Positions 30,898 through 44,730 of a DNA stretch of 64,000 bases are shown piece after piece; positions within the stretch are counted from its first letter, which is position 1, and the number at the start of each line of letters is the position of its first letter. The notes below the pieces were generated by a model. That model did not search any database and was not told the origin of the DNA. It saw only the letters and a program-made list of their open reading frames with translations. This DNA is from Octopus sinensis (lineage: Eukaryota). The DNA lies in the NCBI RefSeq assembly GCF_006345805.1, contig NC_043005.1:11966001-12030000 (forward strand), given 5' to 3'. A program made the translations under genes and the position numbers.

Positions 30898-30900
<3 letters not shown>
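30280..30900 (+). mobile_element. Non-coding retroelement (SINE or RTE-derived) with internal repeats and an (ATT)n tail
   Basis: Three GGTGGCACGTAAAA-like units, GGTTGGCGTTAGGAAGGGCATCCAGC motif, 3' end AACCCATGCTAGC.TGGAAAATGGACGTTAAATGA then (ATT)n. Confidence 0.65.
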
Positions 30901-30936
<36 letters not shown>

Positions 30937-31029
30937 ATTATTATTATTATTATTATTATTATTTTATCATCATCATCATCAGCATTATCATTACCATTAT
31001 CATTAAAAGTTTATTGCATCGAAATTAAA

Positions 31030-31480
31030 TGAGTAGATCTTTGGTGACTATAGGTCTCCTTAAAACTCTTTAAAATCTTTTTTAGAATTCTAACTGAATA
31101 CAAGTTTGCAATTTTTCCAAGCCGAGGACGTGTGATTTATTTCCGATATCCTTCAGCCACTTAGACGGAATCTTCGTTGTTGGTAAAAGCATAAAAGTTA
31201 CCACGGGAACAATTGTCCCCTTTTCCTTCTACATCCTCTTCATTTCTCCGGCTAGGTCCTCATATTTCTCAAACTTCTCAATTTCTTTTATACATTCTCT
31301 GCTACCATATGGTATTGTAAAGTCTATGATCTTACAACATATTTCTCATTTTGCTTAAGTTCTGTTCTCAACCATCATATATTGTCTCTTTGCTTCAATA
31401 GTAAGCGTAACCATGAAAGAGAAGCGCTAACCAAATCCTCTAAATCTCAACGATCTTCAGATCCTGAGGCTTGTGTTCAA
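31030..31480 (-). mobile_element. R4/Dong-like non-LTR element: restriction-like endonuclease C-terminus remnant
   Basis: KIIDFTIPY..EIEKFEKYEDLAGEMKRM*..IVPVV matches the RLE signature IID.xiP.D...kE.eK..KY..L..E. Confidence 0.7.
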
Positions 31481-31599
31481 AAACTACTTTACTGTAACTT
31501 CAATTTCACACACTTATCAAATAATTGAACCTCAATGTAATATCCGTAATAATCCTTAGAATGAAATAGCTTTTGAATAATAGTGATATCCAATAATCA

Positions 31600-31965
31600 C
31601 TTCTACTGAGACACCGCTAGCACTTATTTCATTGACATCGAAATGATGAAAGGCAAAGTCGATCACGGCGGAATTTGAATTCAGGGCGTAGTGGCAGACG
31701 AAATATCGCTAAGTATTTTGCTCGGCGTGCTAAAGATTAATAATAATCTTTTCTACTGTAGGCATAAGGCCTGAAATTTTTTAGGGGGGGGACTAGTCGA
31801 TTACATTAACCCCAGTACTAAACTGGTACTTAATTTATCGACTCCGAAATGATGACAAGCAAAGTCAACATCGGCGGAATGTGAACTCAGAACATAAAGA
31901 CAGAAGAATGTCGCTTTACGTCTTGCCCAGCAGACTAACAATTCAGACTGCTCTAGGATAATAAC

Positions 31966-32042
<77 letters not shown>

Positions 32043-32278
32043 TCCTTTCTATTATAGGCACAAGGCCTGTGATTTGGTGGGAGGTGTTAGTTGATTATAT
32101 TGACGACAGTGTTTCACTGGAGTTCTCACTTTATCGACCCCGAACGGATTAAAGGCAAAGCCAACCTCGGCGAAATTTGAGCTCCGAACATAGTGATGAA
32201 CAAAATACCGCTGAGCATCTCGTATCAGCGCGCGCTAACGACTCTACCAGCTCGCCCCCTTAAATAATAGTAATAATA

Positions 32279-32310
<32 letters not shown>

Positions 32311-32550
32311 GTAATAATAATAATAATAAGAAGAAGAAGAAGAAGAAGAAGGAGGAGGAGGAGGAGGAGGAGGAGAAGAAGAAGAAGAAGAAGAAGAAGA
32401 AGAAGAAGAAGAAGAAGAAGAAGAAGAAGAAGAAGAAGAAGAAGAAGAAGAAGAAGAAGAAGAAGAAGAAAGTATCAGGAGGAATGTAAAGACGAATAAA
32501 ATACAAGCATTTTGTCCAGCGTGCTAACCCTTCTTCCAGCTCGCCACCTT
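31600..32550 (-). mobile_element. Cluster of diverged family A-type SINEs interleaved with (AAT)n and (AAG)n tracts
   Basis: Cores at ~31640, ~31840 and ~32140 (GATGAAAGGCAAAGTC..CGGCGGAATTTGAA); head fragment at ~32510-32550. Confidence 0.75.
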
Positions 32551-33578
32551 AAGGTCGATTAAATAAATTCCGATCTTATAGTAAGGCCAGTCAAACCAAA
32601 TATATTCTTTCATATAAATATACATCATTATTGCCCCTTTAAACGAGAGAAATAACTATTTTACTACGACCTATTTTTTTCGTTGGGCCTCATAAGATTA
32701 AACTTAACACGATATGCTTCCATTTGCCTCTACGTCTTCTCTCCTATTATTATTAGTCAAAGATTGGCATTACAGTCTTATAGCAACGATCAAAGCAATT
32801 TTCTCAACAACCATTACACAGTGGAAGATTTCATCGTCGATATTCTGTCGCTGTTTAATTATCAGATCTTGCTGTTAAATGCCTCACACACATTTTTAAC
32901 ATGTCCTTCATTCTTGTCTTTGTAAACAAATATATTTTGGTTTGTTCGGATATATTGACAAGTATATTTTTTTTCCCCAGAGACAACATTCAAATGTTAA
33001 ATATTTAAACAAGCGTAAATAATGAAAAGACAAATGTAAGAAAAGGCAAGAATAAAAACAATAAAAAATGGAGAAGTCACACGGTAAGATTTATTGCAAG
33101 ATATAAAATCTCTTACAGGAAATAAAAATTATTGGAGTTAAGTGAAGTGTGAAGTCCATAGACATGGAAATTAAAGATGTAAAATATTAAGTGACATATC
33201 TCCACATTACAGTTGATGAGTAAAACACTGACACATACATACTCATATACACTCACACACACATACACACGACTACATAGTTAGTCACTCAAATTCATGG
33301 TTCACAAAGTCAATATTCGACGTCTGTAACCAATCGCTCGTCAGGGAATCGATATATATATAAAGAATTTGAATGATATGAAACCTCAAAATATTAAAGA
33401 TTTAAATTGAAATGAACAATCTCTTTTCAGACGATCACTGGCCACATTCAATCTGAAACGAGGCAAAATGTCCTTCATTTGTCTTTACATTTCAAAGTAT
33501 AATTACATATACATGCATACATTTCCTAATATAAAGACAATTACTTGCTCTCTCTCTCTCTCGCTCGCTATCTATCTG

Positions 33579-33663
<85 letters not shown>

Positions 33664-35450
33664 ATATCTATCTATCTCTTTCTTAAAGCGGTAGAGGAAC
33701 GTTAATTTAATTACTCTCGATGTTTTTCTCATGTTGCCGCTGTTTCTGAGTTTAAATATGCAGGTATACATTTTACACCTTAACTTTCTCAGCTCATAGA
33801 ACTGTCTATCAATAATACACTCGGATTCATATAAAGTCATACAGTGAGCAGTTGACATTGTCTTTCTTGTAAGGTGCTAAATCATAGTCGGAATGGTAAG
33901 CTCTCGACAAGGTGAGAAAACAAATGCATATTTGAATCCACTTAAAAACATTACATTTCATTTCACCCTATAAAGCATGCGGAGCGGTGCGAACGCCTCC
34001 AGCTCACGTTTTCAACAGATATTAAATTGAATAAATTTTCGTTATTAAAGAATTTTAGAAAAGCATTTTCCTTACTTTAATCTTCTAGTTAAAATATTGC
34101 GATGCAATGTAGATTCTTAATTGTGTTTATATCTTTACATCTGTGTGTATAATACTCTCAAAACAGTCCTAAATGTTAAAGGTTACATCAATACCTATTG
34201 CCCATTCATTAGCTGGGAGCCTCAGTATTTACCTCAATCTGGCATGTAATGTATCGCTGTCTGTTCGTCCTATCATTGGATCATGGGATATTTACACAAA
34301 CACAACTAAAACACGCGTAAAAACGACGAGATCTTTACACAGAGTGAGAAATATACCTCACACAAACATTCACACATATATATATATACACACACATATC
34401 GCATTATGCAAGTGTCATTTTTCATTAAGAAACATATTCACTATTTCGCCTCATTTTATTTTATTATTTAAGTAATTAACCAATTAAATAATCGATTAGT
34501 CAATCCTTAAAGTTTGTCGACGTTCTTTCACCAGTATTAGAACCACATCAACGATAAGCCCTCGATGATCCATGTCTGTCTTCTTGTCTCCAAATCTCCC
34601 TTGCTTGTAATTATACCATTTTTAGTTTATATAGGCGTGTTCCTATATGATGATGAATGTGTTACAGGTGTTTGTGAGCAGCAGACTAAGTGTGCGTCGG
34701 TCATAAAGGTGAGTATATATTCGTGCAGATGGCTATCATATGCGCAAGTGCGGAGACAAACGCAAAAATTATCGTGTTAGAGGTGTTGCAGTATTTCTTT
34801 CCGGGTATTAGTGGCAGCGTCGGTGTGTTGTGGATCATTAGTATTTCACTCGCGTACAAAATATATATTTGTGTGTGTGTGTGTGTATGTGTGTGCGTTT
34901 GTATGTGCGTGCGTGCGTGTAGACACACGAACACCAACTTAAACGCGCGCAAGCACTCACTGAGATACACATATATACATATATATATATTATATATATT
35001 CATATGTGCACATACGTATGTCAATTCATTTGCTCGTATGTATGTATGTATGTAATAGAAAGTCTTCCATCAGCATTAGAACGTTGGATGTTTCTTTCCT
35101 AATTGCGTATATTTTCTGACATCGCAGGTCTAGTGCGTGGTTTCCCACGGCTTTCTCGCATCACAACCACCCATGCATATCTGAGTGACTGAGAAAGGTA
35201 GAGGAAGAGAGAGGGACAGAGAGAGAGAGAGCCAACAGAGAGAGAGAGAAAGAGATGGAGACTGAAAGAGAGCGAATGAGAGAGAGAGACAGAGGAAAAC
35301 GGGAAAAAAGCGAGGAAGGGAAGGAGAGAGAGATCTGGATGCAGATTTTAATTTCGCAAAAGGATGGAAATTTCGAGGAGAATAGTTTAATCACTGACAA
35401 AATCCCCACTAGACCCTAATTTATGTAATTGACCCAAATTTATGTAATTG

Positions 35451-35853
35451 ACCACAAGGGGCTACACACAGAGGGGACAGACAAGGACAGAGACAGGAAT
35501 TAAGTCGATTATATCGACCCCAGTGCGTAAATGCTACTTATTTAATTGATCCCGAAAGGATGAAAGGCAAAGTCGACCACGGCGGGATTTGAACTCAGAA
35601 CGTAGCGGCAGACGAAATACCTATTCTTTACTACCCACAAGGGGCTAAACACAGAGAGGACAAACAAGGACAGACAAAGGGATTAAGTCGATTACATCGA
35701 CCCCAGTGCGTAACTGCTACTTAATTTATCGACCCCGAAAGGATGAAAGGTAAATTCGACCACGGCGGGATTTGAACTCAGAACGTAGCGGCAGACGAAA
35801 TACCGCTAAGCATTTCGCTCGGCGTGCTAACGTCTCTGCCAGCTCGCCGCCTT
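35451..35853 (-). mobile_element. SINE family A dimer
   Basis: Full unit ~35625-35853 followed on the minus strand by a 5'-truncated unit. Confidence 0.9.
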
Positions 35854-36615
35854 TGTATTTGTATTTCTGCTCCATATCCATGCCACTGGGTACTCCGAGT
35901 TATTTCTCTAGGCCCATCTTGAATTGTAATTAATCTTCAACAGGCTGACCACACGGATACAGTGCCCTGCCCTAGAAAAGAAGACTATTTCCTTCTGTAT
36001 TTTTCTTGCTCTTTTTTTTTTCTATTTCTTTTCTCTTTCTCTTGTCCTTCTTTCTCTCTGGTCCATAAAAGTTAAAGCTGACTTCACCGGGATCCGAACT
36101 CATGACGTATTTATATTGTGCTGGTGATACCTGCTGAGAGTGAACGTGTATCTGCAAATATCTTTTTATAACAAGACAATAAGCTTGCTCTTTTCATTGA
36201 TTGCACGGCACCTGTGGAGGCCATTTACTTCTTCAGATTATCTCACTTATCTCCCATGGAGCTGTTCTCAGCTATTTTCTGTAACCATCTCGTAATTTTG
36301 ATTCATAATCTAAAGTTACAGATAATTCTACTAAATCACACATTTTGTCGTATGCTTTTTGATATAATTGTATTTGTATTTGATGCTCATAAACATGACA
36401 CAGTAATTTCCCTTAAAGCATTTTACTGTATTTCGTGCAGAATTGCGTTGAACAGTAAATATATTCTACTCATTTTGTATAGGATATTGCCCTTTACCTG
36501 CTGAACATTGGCCAGAACGATCATTGCGTTGCTGATATCTATTAAGGCAGAATTGCACGTCAACAAGAAGGCTACGTGATTCTCGAGATTAAATTCCTTT
36601 CGCATGTGAAGCTGT

Positions 36616-37005
36616 CTCTTTTACTCTTCTACTTGTTTCAGTCATTTGACTGTGGTCACGCTGGAGCACCGCCTTTAGTCGAGCGAATCGACCCCAGGAA
36701 TTATTCTTTGTAAGCCTAGTACTTATTCTATCGGTCTCTTTACCGAACCGGTAAGTTACGGGGACGTAAACACACCAGCATCGGATGTCAAGCGATTTTC
36801 GGGGGACAAACACAGACACACAAACACACACATATATACATATATATGACGGGCTTCTTTCAGTTTCTGTCTACCAAATCCACCCACAATGCTTTGGTCG
36901 GCCCTAGGCTATGGTAGAAGACACTTGCCCAAGGTGCCACGCAGTGTGACTGAACCCGGAACCATGTGGTTCGTAAGTAAGCTACTTACCACCCAGCCAC
37001 ACCTA
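36616..37005 (-). mobile_element. SINE family B
   Basis: Full-length reverse complement of family B. Confidence 0.9.
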
Positions 37006-37065
37006 CACCTATATGTCTCGTTTATCATTTGAGAATTATCACGAATTCATGTTGCATACTTTTAC

Positions 37066-37179
37066 TTGTATTTGTATTTCTGCTCCATATCCTTGCCACT
37101 GGGTACTCCGAGTTATTTCTCTGGGCCCATCTTGAATTGTAATTAAACTTCTACAGGTTGACCACACTGATGCAGTACC
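37066..37179 (-). other. Candidate 114-nt phase-0 exon of an unidentified gene or pseudogene
   Basis: ttttcttttctag|GGT...CAA|gtaaaa; open frame GTASVWSTCRSLITIQDGPREITRSTQWQGYGAEIQIQ; a paralogous copy at 35853-35971 carries an in-frame TGA. Product not recognised. Confidence 0.3.
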
Positions 37180-37498
37180 CTAGAAAAGAAAACTCTTTGC
37201 TTCTGTCTTTTTCTTTCTTTCTCTTCCTTTCTCTTTTCTTTTCTCTTTCTGTCTCTCTCGTCTTTCTTTCTCTCTTGGCCTTTCTTTCTCTCTTGTCCTT
37301 CCTTACTTTAAAAGACGAAATTGGTATCTCGAAATGTCGTTAAAATCAACCATCTGTAAAACTACTGACCATGGCCATCCCCAAATATAACAATAAATGC
37401 CATCCCACAGAAAATACAAACGAATGAAGGAAAAAACTTCCATTTCCTTTGCAGTCCTATAACCCTTTTGTCTCCGTAAAAAGAAGCAAAAAGTATTT

Positions 37499-37548
<50 letters not shown>

Positions 37549-37551
37549 TGT

Positions 37552-37622
<71 letters not shown>

Positions 37623-38371
37623 GTACTTAGTTTATCGGTACTGCAGCGGAAGCGCTATGATACTGGAACGCAAGCAAATCAACATTGTTCGTCAAGCATT
37701 GGTGAAAGCGAAACCCCAAAAGAAACACATACACATATATATATTCCATTATGCATATCCACTCAAAGGGCATTCGGCGACTCAAGGCCAGATTAGAAAA
37801 CACTTGTCCACGATGCCATACTGTGGCATTGACCCCGAAGCCAGGTAGATGCAAAGCGTGATTTTTAATCACGCAGCATAAGACCACTCTTGCAAGTTTC
37901 TTACATGTCAATACTCAACGCGGGAAGTTAACAAACAGTGCAGTTGTTCTCAACCAGAATCTATATGGCACTTAAAACTCAATGTAAGATGATTGGTGGT
38001 TCACGCCTTCAAAATAGTAAATTCAGGATCCACGATAATATTTCAAACGGCTCTGAAAAAATGCTGCCTTAGATGTATGTATTATTATGTATTGCAAGAA
38101 ACAGCGAGGTTTCTTTCTCTAACATACACGAATACACGAATAAATGTGTGAAAAATAAGATACTAATTTTGAAAGCGGTTTCTATAATATTAGTTTTTAA
38201 ACTTCAAATGGCTATGAGGATCCATCAAAATAAAATAATAACCAAAGGTGTTCAGAGATAAAAAGTGGTTGAGAAGCTCTGAAATATTTCTTAAGCAGTA
38301 GGTTCGTGCACGAAATTCATAATTTGAACTGAATTTCAGTCAAAAATAGGGCAGCTTACTTTTATTTATTT

Positions 38372-38778
38372 CAGGAGTAGCTGTGTGGTAAGTAGCTTTC
38401 TTACGAACCACACGGTTCCTGATTCAGTTCCACTGCGTGGCATCTTGGGCAAGTGTCTTCTGCTATAAGCCTCGGACCGACCAAAGCCTTTTGAGTGGAT
38501 TTGGTAGATGGAAACTGAAAGAAGCCCGTCGTATATATGTATATATATATGTATGTGTGTTTATATGTTTGTGTGTCTTTATTTGTCCCCCCAACATCGC
38601 TTGACAACTGATGCTGGTGTGTTTACGTACCCGTAATATAGCGGTTCGGCAAAAGAGACCGATACAATAAGTGCTAAGCTTACAAAGAATAAGTCCTGGG
38701 GTCGATTTGCTTGACTAAAAGCGGTGCTCCAGTATGGCCACAGTCACATGGCTGAAACAAGTATAAGAATAAAAGAGT
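38372..38778 (+). mobile_element. SINE family B
   Basis: Full-length copy with internal (TA)/(TG) tract. Confidence 0.9.
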
Positions 38779-39177
38779 AAAACAATAATTAATTGAGAAC
38801 TTGCATAATATTTATGTATAGACCGTTTCGTGCCAACATTACGTTTCAGTATAAAGATATGTTTAAAAATAAAAACAGTCAGAAATCTTTGCGTCTGTTA
38901 TTTACTTCTGTTTAGGAAATATCAGAATCTCACAAAAAAATTATTTACAGTAACATGTTGACTTATATTTCATATTCGCATGCTTTCCGTTTCCTTGCCT
39001 ATCAATTTATATTTTGGCAAAATCTCATTACACGCACACACATAAATACATATATTCTTTTATTCCGTTATGCGTTTTAGCCCAAATCTTTTGGCCATGA
39101 TGGAGCATCGCCAATGCATACATACAGACATAAATAAATAAATATATATATATATATATATATGTACCTATATATAT

Positions 39178-39214
<37 letters not shown>

Positions 39215-39216
<2 letters not shown>

Positions 39217-39370
39217 CGACGGGCTTCTTTCAGTTTCCATCAACCAAATCCACTCACAATGCTTTCGTCGAGGCTATAGTAGAAGACACCCGCCCAAGGT
39301 GCCACGCAGTGGGACTGAACCCGGAACCATATCGTTCGTAAGTACGTAAGCAAGCTACTTACCACACAGA
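39215..39370 (-). mobile_element. SINE family B, 5' half
   Basis: Head and CORE-like part only; ends in (TA)n. Confidence 0.85.
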
Positions 39371-39376
39371 CACTCA

Positions 39377-39470
<94 letters not shown>

Positions 39471-39969
39471 GTATTGAAATGTAAATATGTACGTATATAG
39501 ATACATAGATATTTACATGTGTACTTATATAAATATATATACATTCTTAGATGCATATATAGTTGCATATTGAATACACATATTACATACATATACGTGC
39601 ATGTATGCGTTTATGTGTATATTTACGTATGCATACGAGAATTACCATTAAATCATGAGTGGTATTTGCTCTGCTGACTTATAATTAAAGAAATGCCAAA
39701 TAATATTAAAGTGTGTTTTACTTGTTGCAATTTTTTCGCTGTTCCCAAGGTAGCCGACATATTTTATATTTTAACAACCTATTTGTGCCAAACGGGTGAG
39801 GCTTAGGAAATTTTTCTAATGCAGAAATGTGAGGTACTTACCTATCCAACGTGAGTTTCATCGATTTCAATATTACAATAATAAGTCAATCATGATGACC
39901 GCGATATGATCGTCGGAAATCATCCCAATTATTACGATGTTGCTGCTGCTGTTGTTGTTGTTATGTTGT

Positions 39970-41720
39970 TGTATGATGCTTTCTTGTTTTCATGCTCTGA
40001 GACAAGTTTTAACATCCAGTCATGAGAGTTTTCAGCTAGGTGTCTAGGCCAATTGTGGCAATCTTCATTGTTAATTCCAGTTGTAAAAGTCCACGACCAC
40101 CCTTTTTCTTTGGCAGGTAAAGTCGTTCTATATCTGCCTTAGGGTGGTGCATTCTATGCATTGTCAATAATTTTCGTATTTTTCTGTCAAGATTACATAT
40201 TTCAGTAATTGTCCAGTTAATGATATTGAAACTGCAAGTCACGATCGGTATGGCTAAAGTGTTGATGACTTCGATCCTGTTTCTTGCATTCAGCTCTGTC
40301 TTGAATATTGCCTTTATCATGCGACAACATTTTCTTCTGATCCCTTCGCTCATCACTGAATGTTTGATTCTGTCCCCTTGAAACACCCCTAGGTATCTGT
40401 AGCTCTCCGCTAGTTCTAATTCCTTTTTGACATTCTGCTGGTCAAGATTAACATTGCATGTTTGTTCCTTTGGTAATGGTAGCATTTTGGTGATATCGAA
40501 GTCAGATATGGTTTTCAAATTAAATTCTTTTTAATTTTCGGATTTTTGTTGGTTTGATAGTCTTGTGAAATTTAAGGTTTGTTTTAAACATTCTATGTCA
40601 GACCTAAGTAGCTAAATTCGGTGTTGAATACGCTCTTGCCAAGTAGGCTTTTTGTGGAAATGTCGCTTTCTAAACTTTTCACCACATAGAATCATTGAGA
40701 TTTTCTCGATGCATAGTGCAGGTGGCTGCGATCTATAATATCAACATTCTTAGCTGAAATTACATACTTAAGTGAAAGGCGGGTTTTACCAATTATTTTT
40801 CGGTTTTGATTAGAATTGCGAACTTTTGGGAGAGGGTTACGTTCATTCACTCTGGTTTCTTGAATTTTCAGCCATTCAATAATGATTTGATTTTTTAGAT
40901 CATATACTTCTGTTGTGTCAATTTCTGTGTGGCTTTCTTCATCTATTTGATTTTCATCTGCCTTAGTGTTTATGGTTGGTTCATAGAGTATCCCTCTGTG
41001 TTTATCAGTTACATTCACTCTTTCAATTATTATTGCATTTTCCTCTGTAGTATCTCCTTTAGTTGCAGCCTCCTTCCTTTTATCCCTTACTGATTGGTTT
41101 AATTTAGTCAATCTCTAATTCAGGTAATAATTTCTTTTCCATAATGTTTTTTCTGACGTTGGCAAGTTTGTTACTGTCTATGTAGGTTCTTACTTCAAGG
41201 TTTTTGTGTCTCAAGGTTAAGTAGGTTTTTACAGTATTAGATTCATTTGTGGGGAAATATACGGCATAAAAGAAGGCTTTAAGAACTTCTTTATTATCTC
41301 CCTCGGGTCATTTTTCGTTCTTTTTCTTTTCGTTTTTTGATGACGAGCATGGATGGCCATCTGTTGGAATATTCCGGTTGTGGGTGACTTCCAGCTCCTG
41401 TGTTTTGGAAAGATTTGAACCAATAGCTGATTTTTTGTATAGAATCTCGTTCATCGACTACGCGGTCCTTGATGTTCCGGGTGACAGCCGAACCGGTTTC
41501 TATTGTGCTTTGTTATCATTGAGCCAGACGAGTTTCGACGTTGACATTAAGGGACGAATCTGTCTGTTTAGGGTTAATTTTTTGAAACAACAGCTCCTCC
41601 GACTTCTTTGCATGGAAACATTGCTCGTAACGTAGCTTCTTAAGGCTAATAGATCTCTATTGGTCTGTATCTTTTTGTTGTTGTTGTTGATAGATTTATC
41701 ACCGGACGTAGTTTCTGTGG
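39970..41720 (-). mobile_element. R4/Dong-clade (RLE-type) non-LTR retrotransposon: N-terminus fused to the post-RT region
   Basis: ORF 40036-40518: ESYRYLG..KTELNARNRIEVINTLAIPIV..LDRKIRKLLTMHRMHHPKADIERLYLPKKKGGRGL; upstream YIDSNKLANVRKNI-type N-terminal motif; RT catalytic core not found. Confidence 0.85.
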
Positions 41721-42169
41721 TGTATTTAATTTGTCACTATGCCTGTGTTAGTTCGAAATATGAATTTTTTTCTTTTTTTGCTTTTGCACGTGTTTTCATA
41801 TGCGTGTTTGTGTGTCATGTAAATTTCGCGTAGTTGTGTAAACATGGGATGCATGTGTATCCCTGTGGGTATTAAACTGTAAGTATGATTGTGTAGACAT
41901 TCGAGTGTATACATAATTACTCTACTTACTATTTTGTTCCATTTATATTTTATAATTTGCAAACATTCCGATTTTGATTTCGCGTGTGCTTCGCACATAT
42001 TTCCCTGAGGCATCATCCATAGGAGAAACCGTGTTTTGCACGGCAGTAGAACATCGCTTTTGTAATTATTTTCCTTAAAAGGCCGCTTCTTTCAAGTCTT
42101 TCACAGTCTTTCAAGTCTCTTCTTCTTCTTCTTCTTCTTCTTCTTCTTCTTCTTCTTCTTCTTCTTCTT

Positions 42170-42226
<57 letters not shown>

Positions 42227-42269
42227 GTTATTATTATTATTATTATTGTTGTTGTTGTTGTTGTTGCTG

Positions 42270-42334
<65 letters not shown>

Positions 42335-43561
42335 GAGTTAGAAAGCAGCGTATGCCATCAAAAATACACCGAGGTAAACTATACAAAGCCCAGGCTATCC
42401 ATCATGACTACCGTCTGATTAGGGTACAGCAGGTACATGCATCACAAGAATGTGTGCGTATCATGGTGATCTCTGATCAAGATAAACTGAGCATGATCGT
42501 GCAGGTGGGTCCCAGCTAGACTTTTCTTCAGGTTGGGTAGCCCATCTTGCTCAAAGGGTCCCTGAATAAGTTTTATTAAAGGATGATAAATAAAGCACCC
42601 ATGTTTGCAGAAGTGAATTATTCAAAACACAAAGAATTCCTCTCAACATGTAGGAATGATGCTCCCCCAATACTGCTCGTGACCACAGATGCACATATCG
42701 TCAACCACTAACGGAACTTTTCAGCTGGTTAAGGTCACGCAATTGAAAAGCAAATTTGTGATATTGAGCAGAACATTTGCTGTAGCCCATCTTTTATACC
42801 AAAACAAAACAATGTGCATGATAACACTTCCAATTAGTTAAGATCAAAAAATCATGAGAACCACTGCCTGCTACTGCATTACGACATTATTATTGAATCA
42901 ACATGTTGGCAGAATTTTTAGTACGCCAGACAAAATATTTCACGTCTTTACGTTCTGGGTTCAAATTCTAGCGAAGTCGACGTCGATCTTTATTCTTTCG
43001 CGTTCGATAACGTAAGTAGCAATTGAGAACTAGGTTTGATGTAATAAAAACTTAGACCGCTTCTCTAAAATTGCCAACCTTGTGCCAAAATTTGAAACCG
43101 ATGTTATTATTATTAATATTCGTCTTAAGGCAACGGACTAGCAGAGTCATTGAAGAAAATGCGGCATTTCTTCAGACGCCGTACGTTTTACTTTCAGATA
43201 TATTTGATGTTTAAGTTGTCTTTCATTCGTTCTGATCGATAAACAAATACTGGATTAGATACAAGGGACCTAGTTCATCACCTATTATGAATACTGTAGG
43301 CCTGCGTTTTGAAACTACATGGGGGAAAAGGACATTAAAAAAAATTCCTTTTCTCTTACGGATTCTTTAATCAATTCGGAATTTTGTTCGTTCAAGATGC
43401 GGATGAAAACAAGTCTCTTTTTAGACGAATATGTTTTCTTCATCGTCAACCAAAACACAAAACACCGACTACAAACGTTCATTTAAATGAACATCCCGAA
43501 GCTGAACGAGATTCGAAGGAACTCAAACATACTCAAGGGAGATAACAGAGTTTTTCAGTAA

Positions 43562-43592
<31 letters not shown>

Positions 43593-44730
43593 AAATAATG
43601 ATAAAATTTCTGTTGACCATAATATTCTGAACAATTTTCATGATAGCTTTATCAAACGCAACTCGTACAAAATCATATTAACACATGTTTGTCAAACGAA
43701 AATAATACCGGATTTTAGTAGTTGACATTGTTGTGCCTATGGTCATTCAGAAACCAAAGTCACCTACAAAAGTACGATCTTTAGATGTGAACCAATTACC
43801 CGAATAACCAAACAGCTTCCAGCATGCTGTAACAATTCACGCGCCCTGAATCTTCCTAAAATTATATATATATAGAATTGATATAGACAGTTGTGCGGAT
43901 GTGTTACTATGTATGTATAAAACAAAACTAGATCTTAAAGGTTCACGGCAGAGTTGGTGAATCGATCGATTATATCGACCACATCAGGAAATAGATCTAC
44001 TTTCGTCAGCTAAGTTTAAACATAGGTAGGGAAAGAATCAGAGCGACCTACTTTGTTATGTATCGTCTACATATTCGTGTGTGTATATGTGTGTGCATAT
44101 GTGTGTGTGCGTGTAAGTGTATGTTCATTAAGTCCTGAGATTGGCAGTTTTAATACAGCCGATGTCAGCTTTACTTAACCTTCTGGTGTCGATGAAATAA
44201 GTTCCATAGATATTTGTATACCTTTTTCTCTCTCCGAAATGCTATCCGTGTGTCCATGGCGATAACGAATGTTATCTGATATAAGCTGATATAAAATTTC
44301 CACCCCCAACGTATTTCTTTACAGAAGAGAAAGGTTCTTAATTAAATAGATCATAACTAGCTCTTCACGCTATCTCTCAACTCACCACCTTATCTACTTA
44401 TCTTAATATGCATGATCTTCCTCTGCTTTCTAGCAGGATATATACAAAACTTTAAATACTCTTAAAACAAATGTATAAAATTCTGGCATTGACACAACGT
44501 ATAATTATGGGAATGTGTATAAGCGTTTAAATCGATCCCAAAGTGCTTAAATGCTATAGCTTTTATCGACTCAGCAATGATGAAAATCAAAGCTAACTGG
44601 GGGGAAATTTTAAATCAAAACGTCAACTGTAGCATCTACTGAAACGTCAAAATATTTTATAGCTTTTCGTCCCATGACATTCCCATTCTACGAAGCCAAC
44701 TCTTTCCACATTTATTCATCGAAAATAATT

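Noticed and set aside
42335-42885. Probable interspersed repeat next to an (AAT)n tract
   Set aside because: It is single-copy in this window with no ORF, boxes or termini that support a classification.
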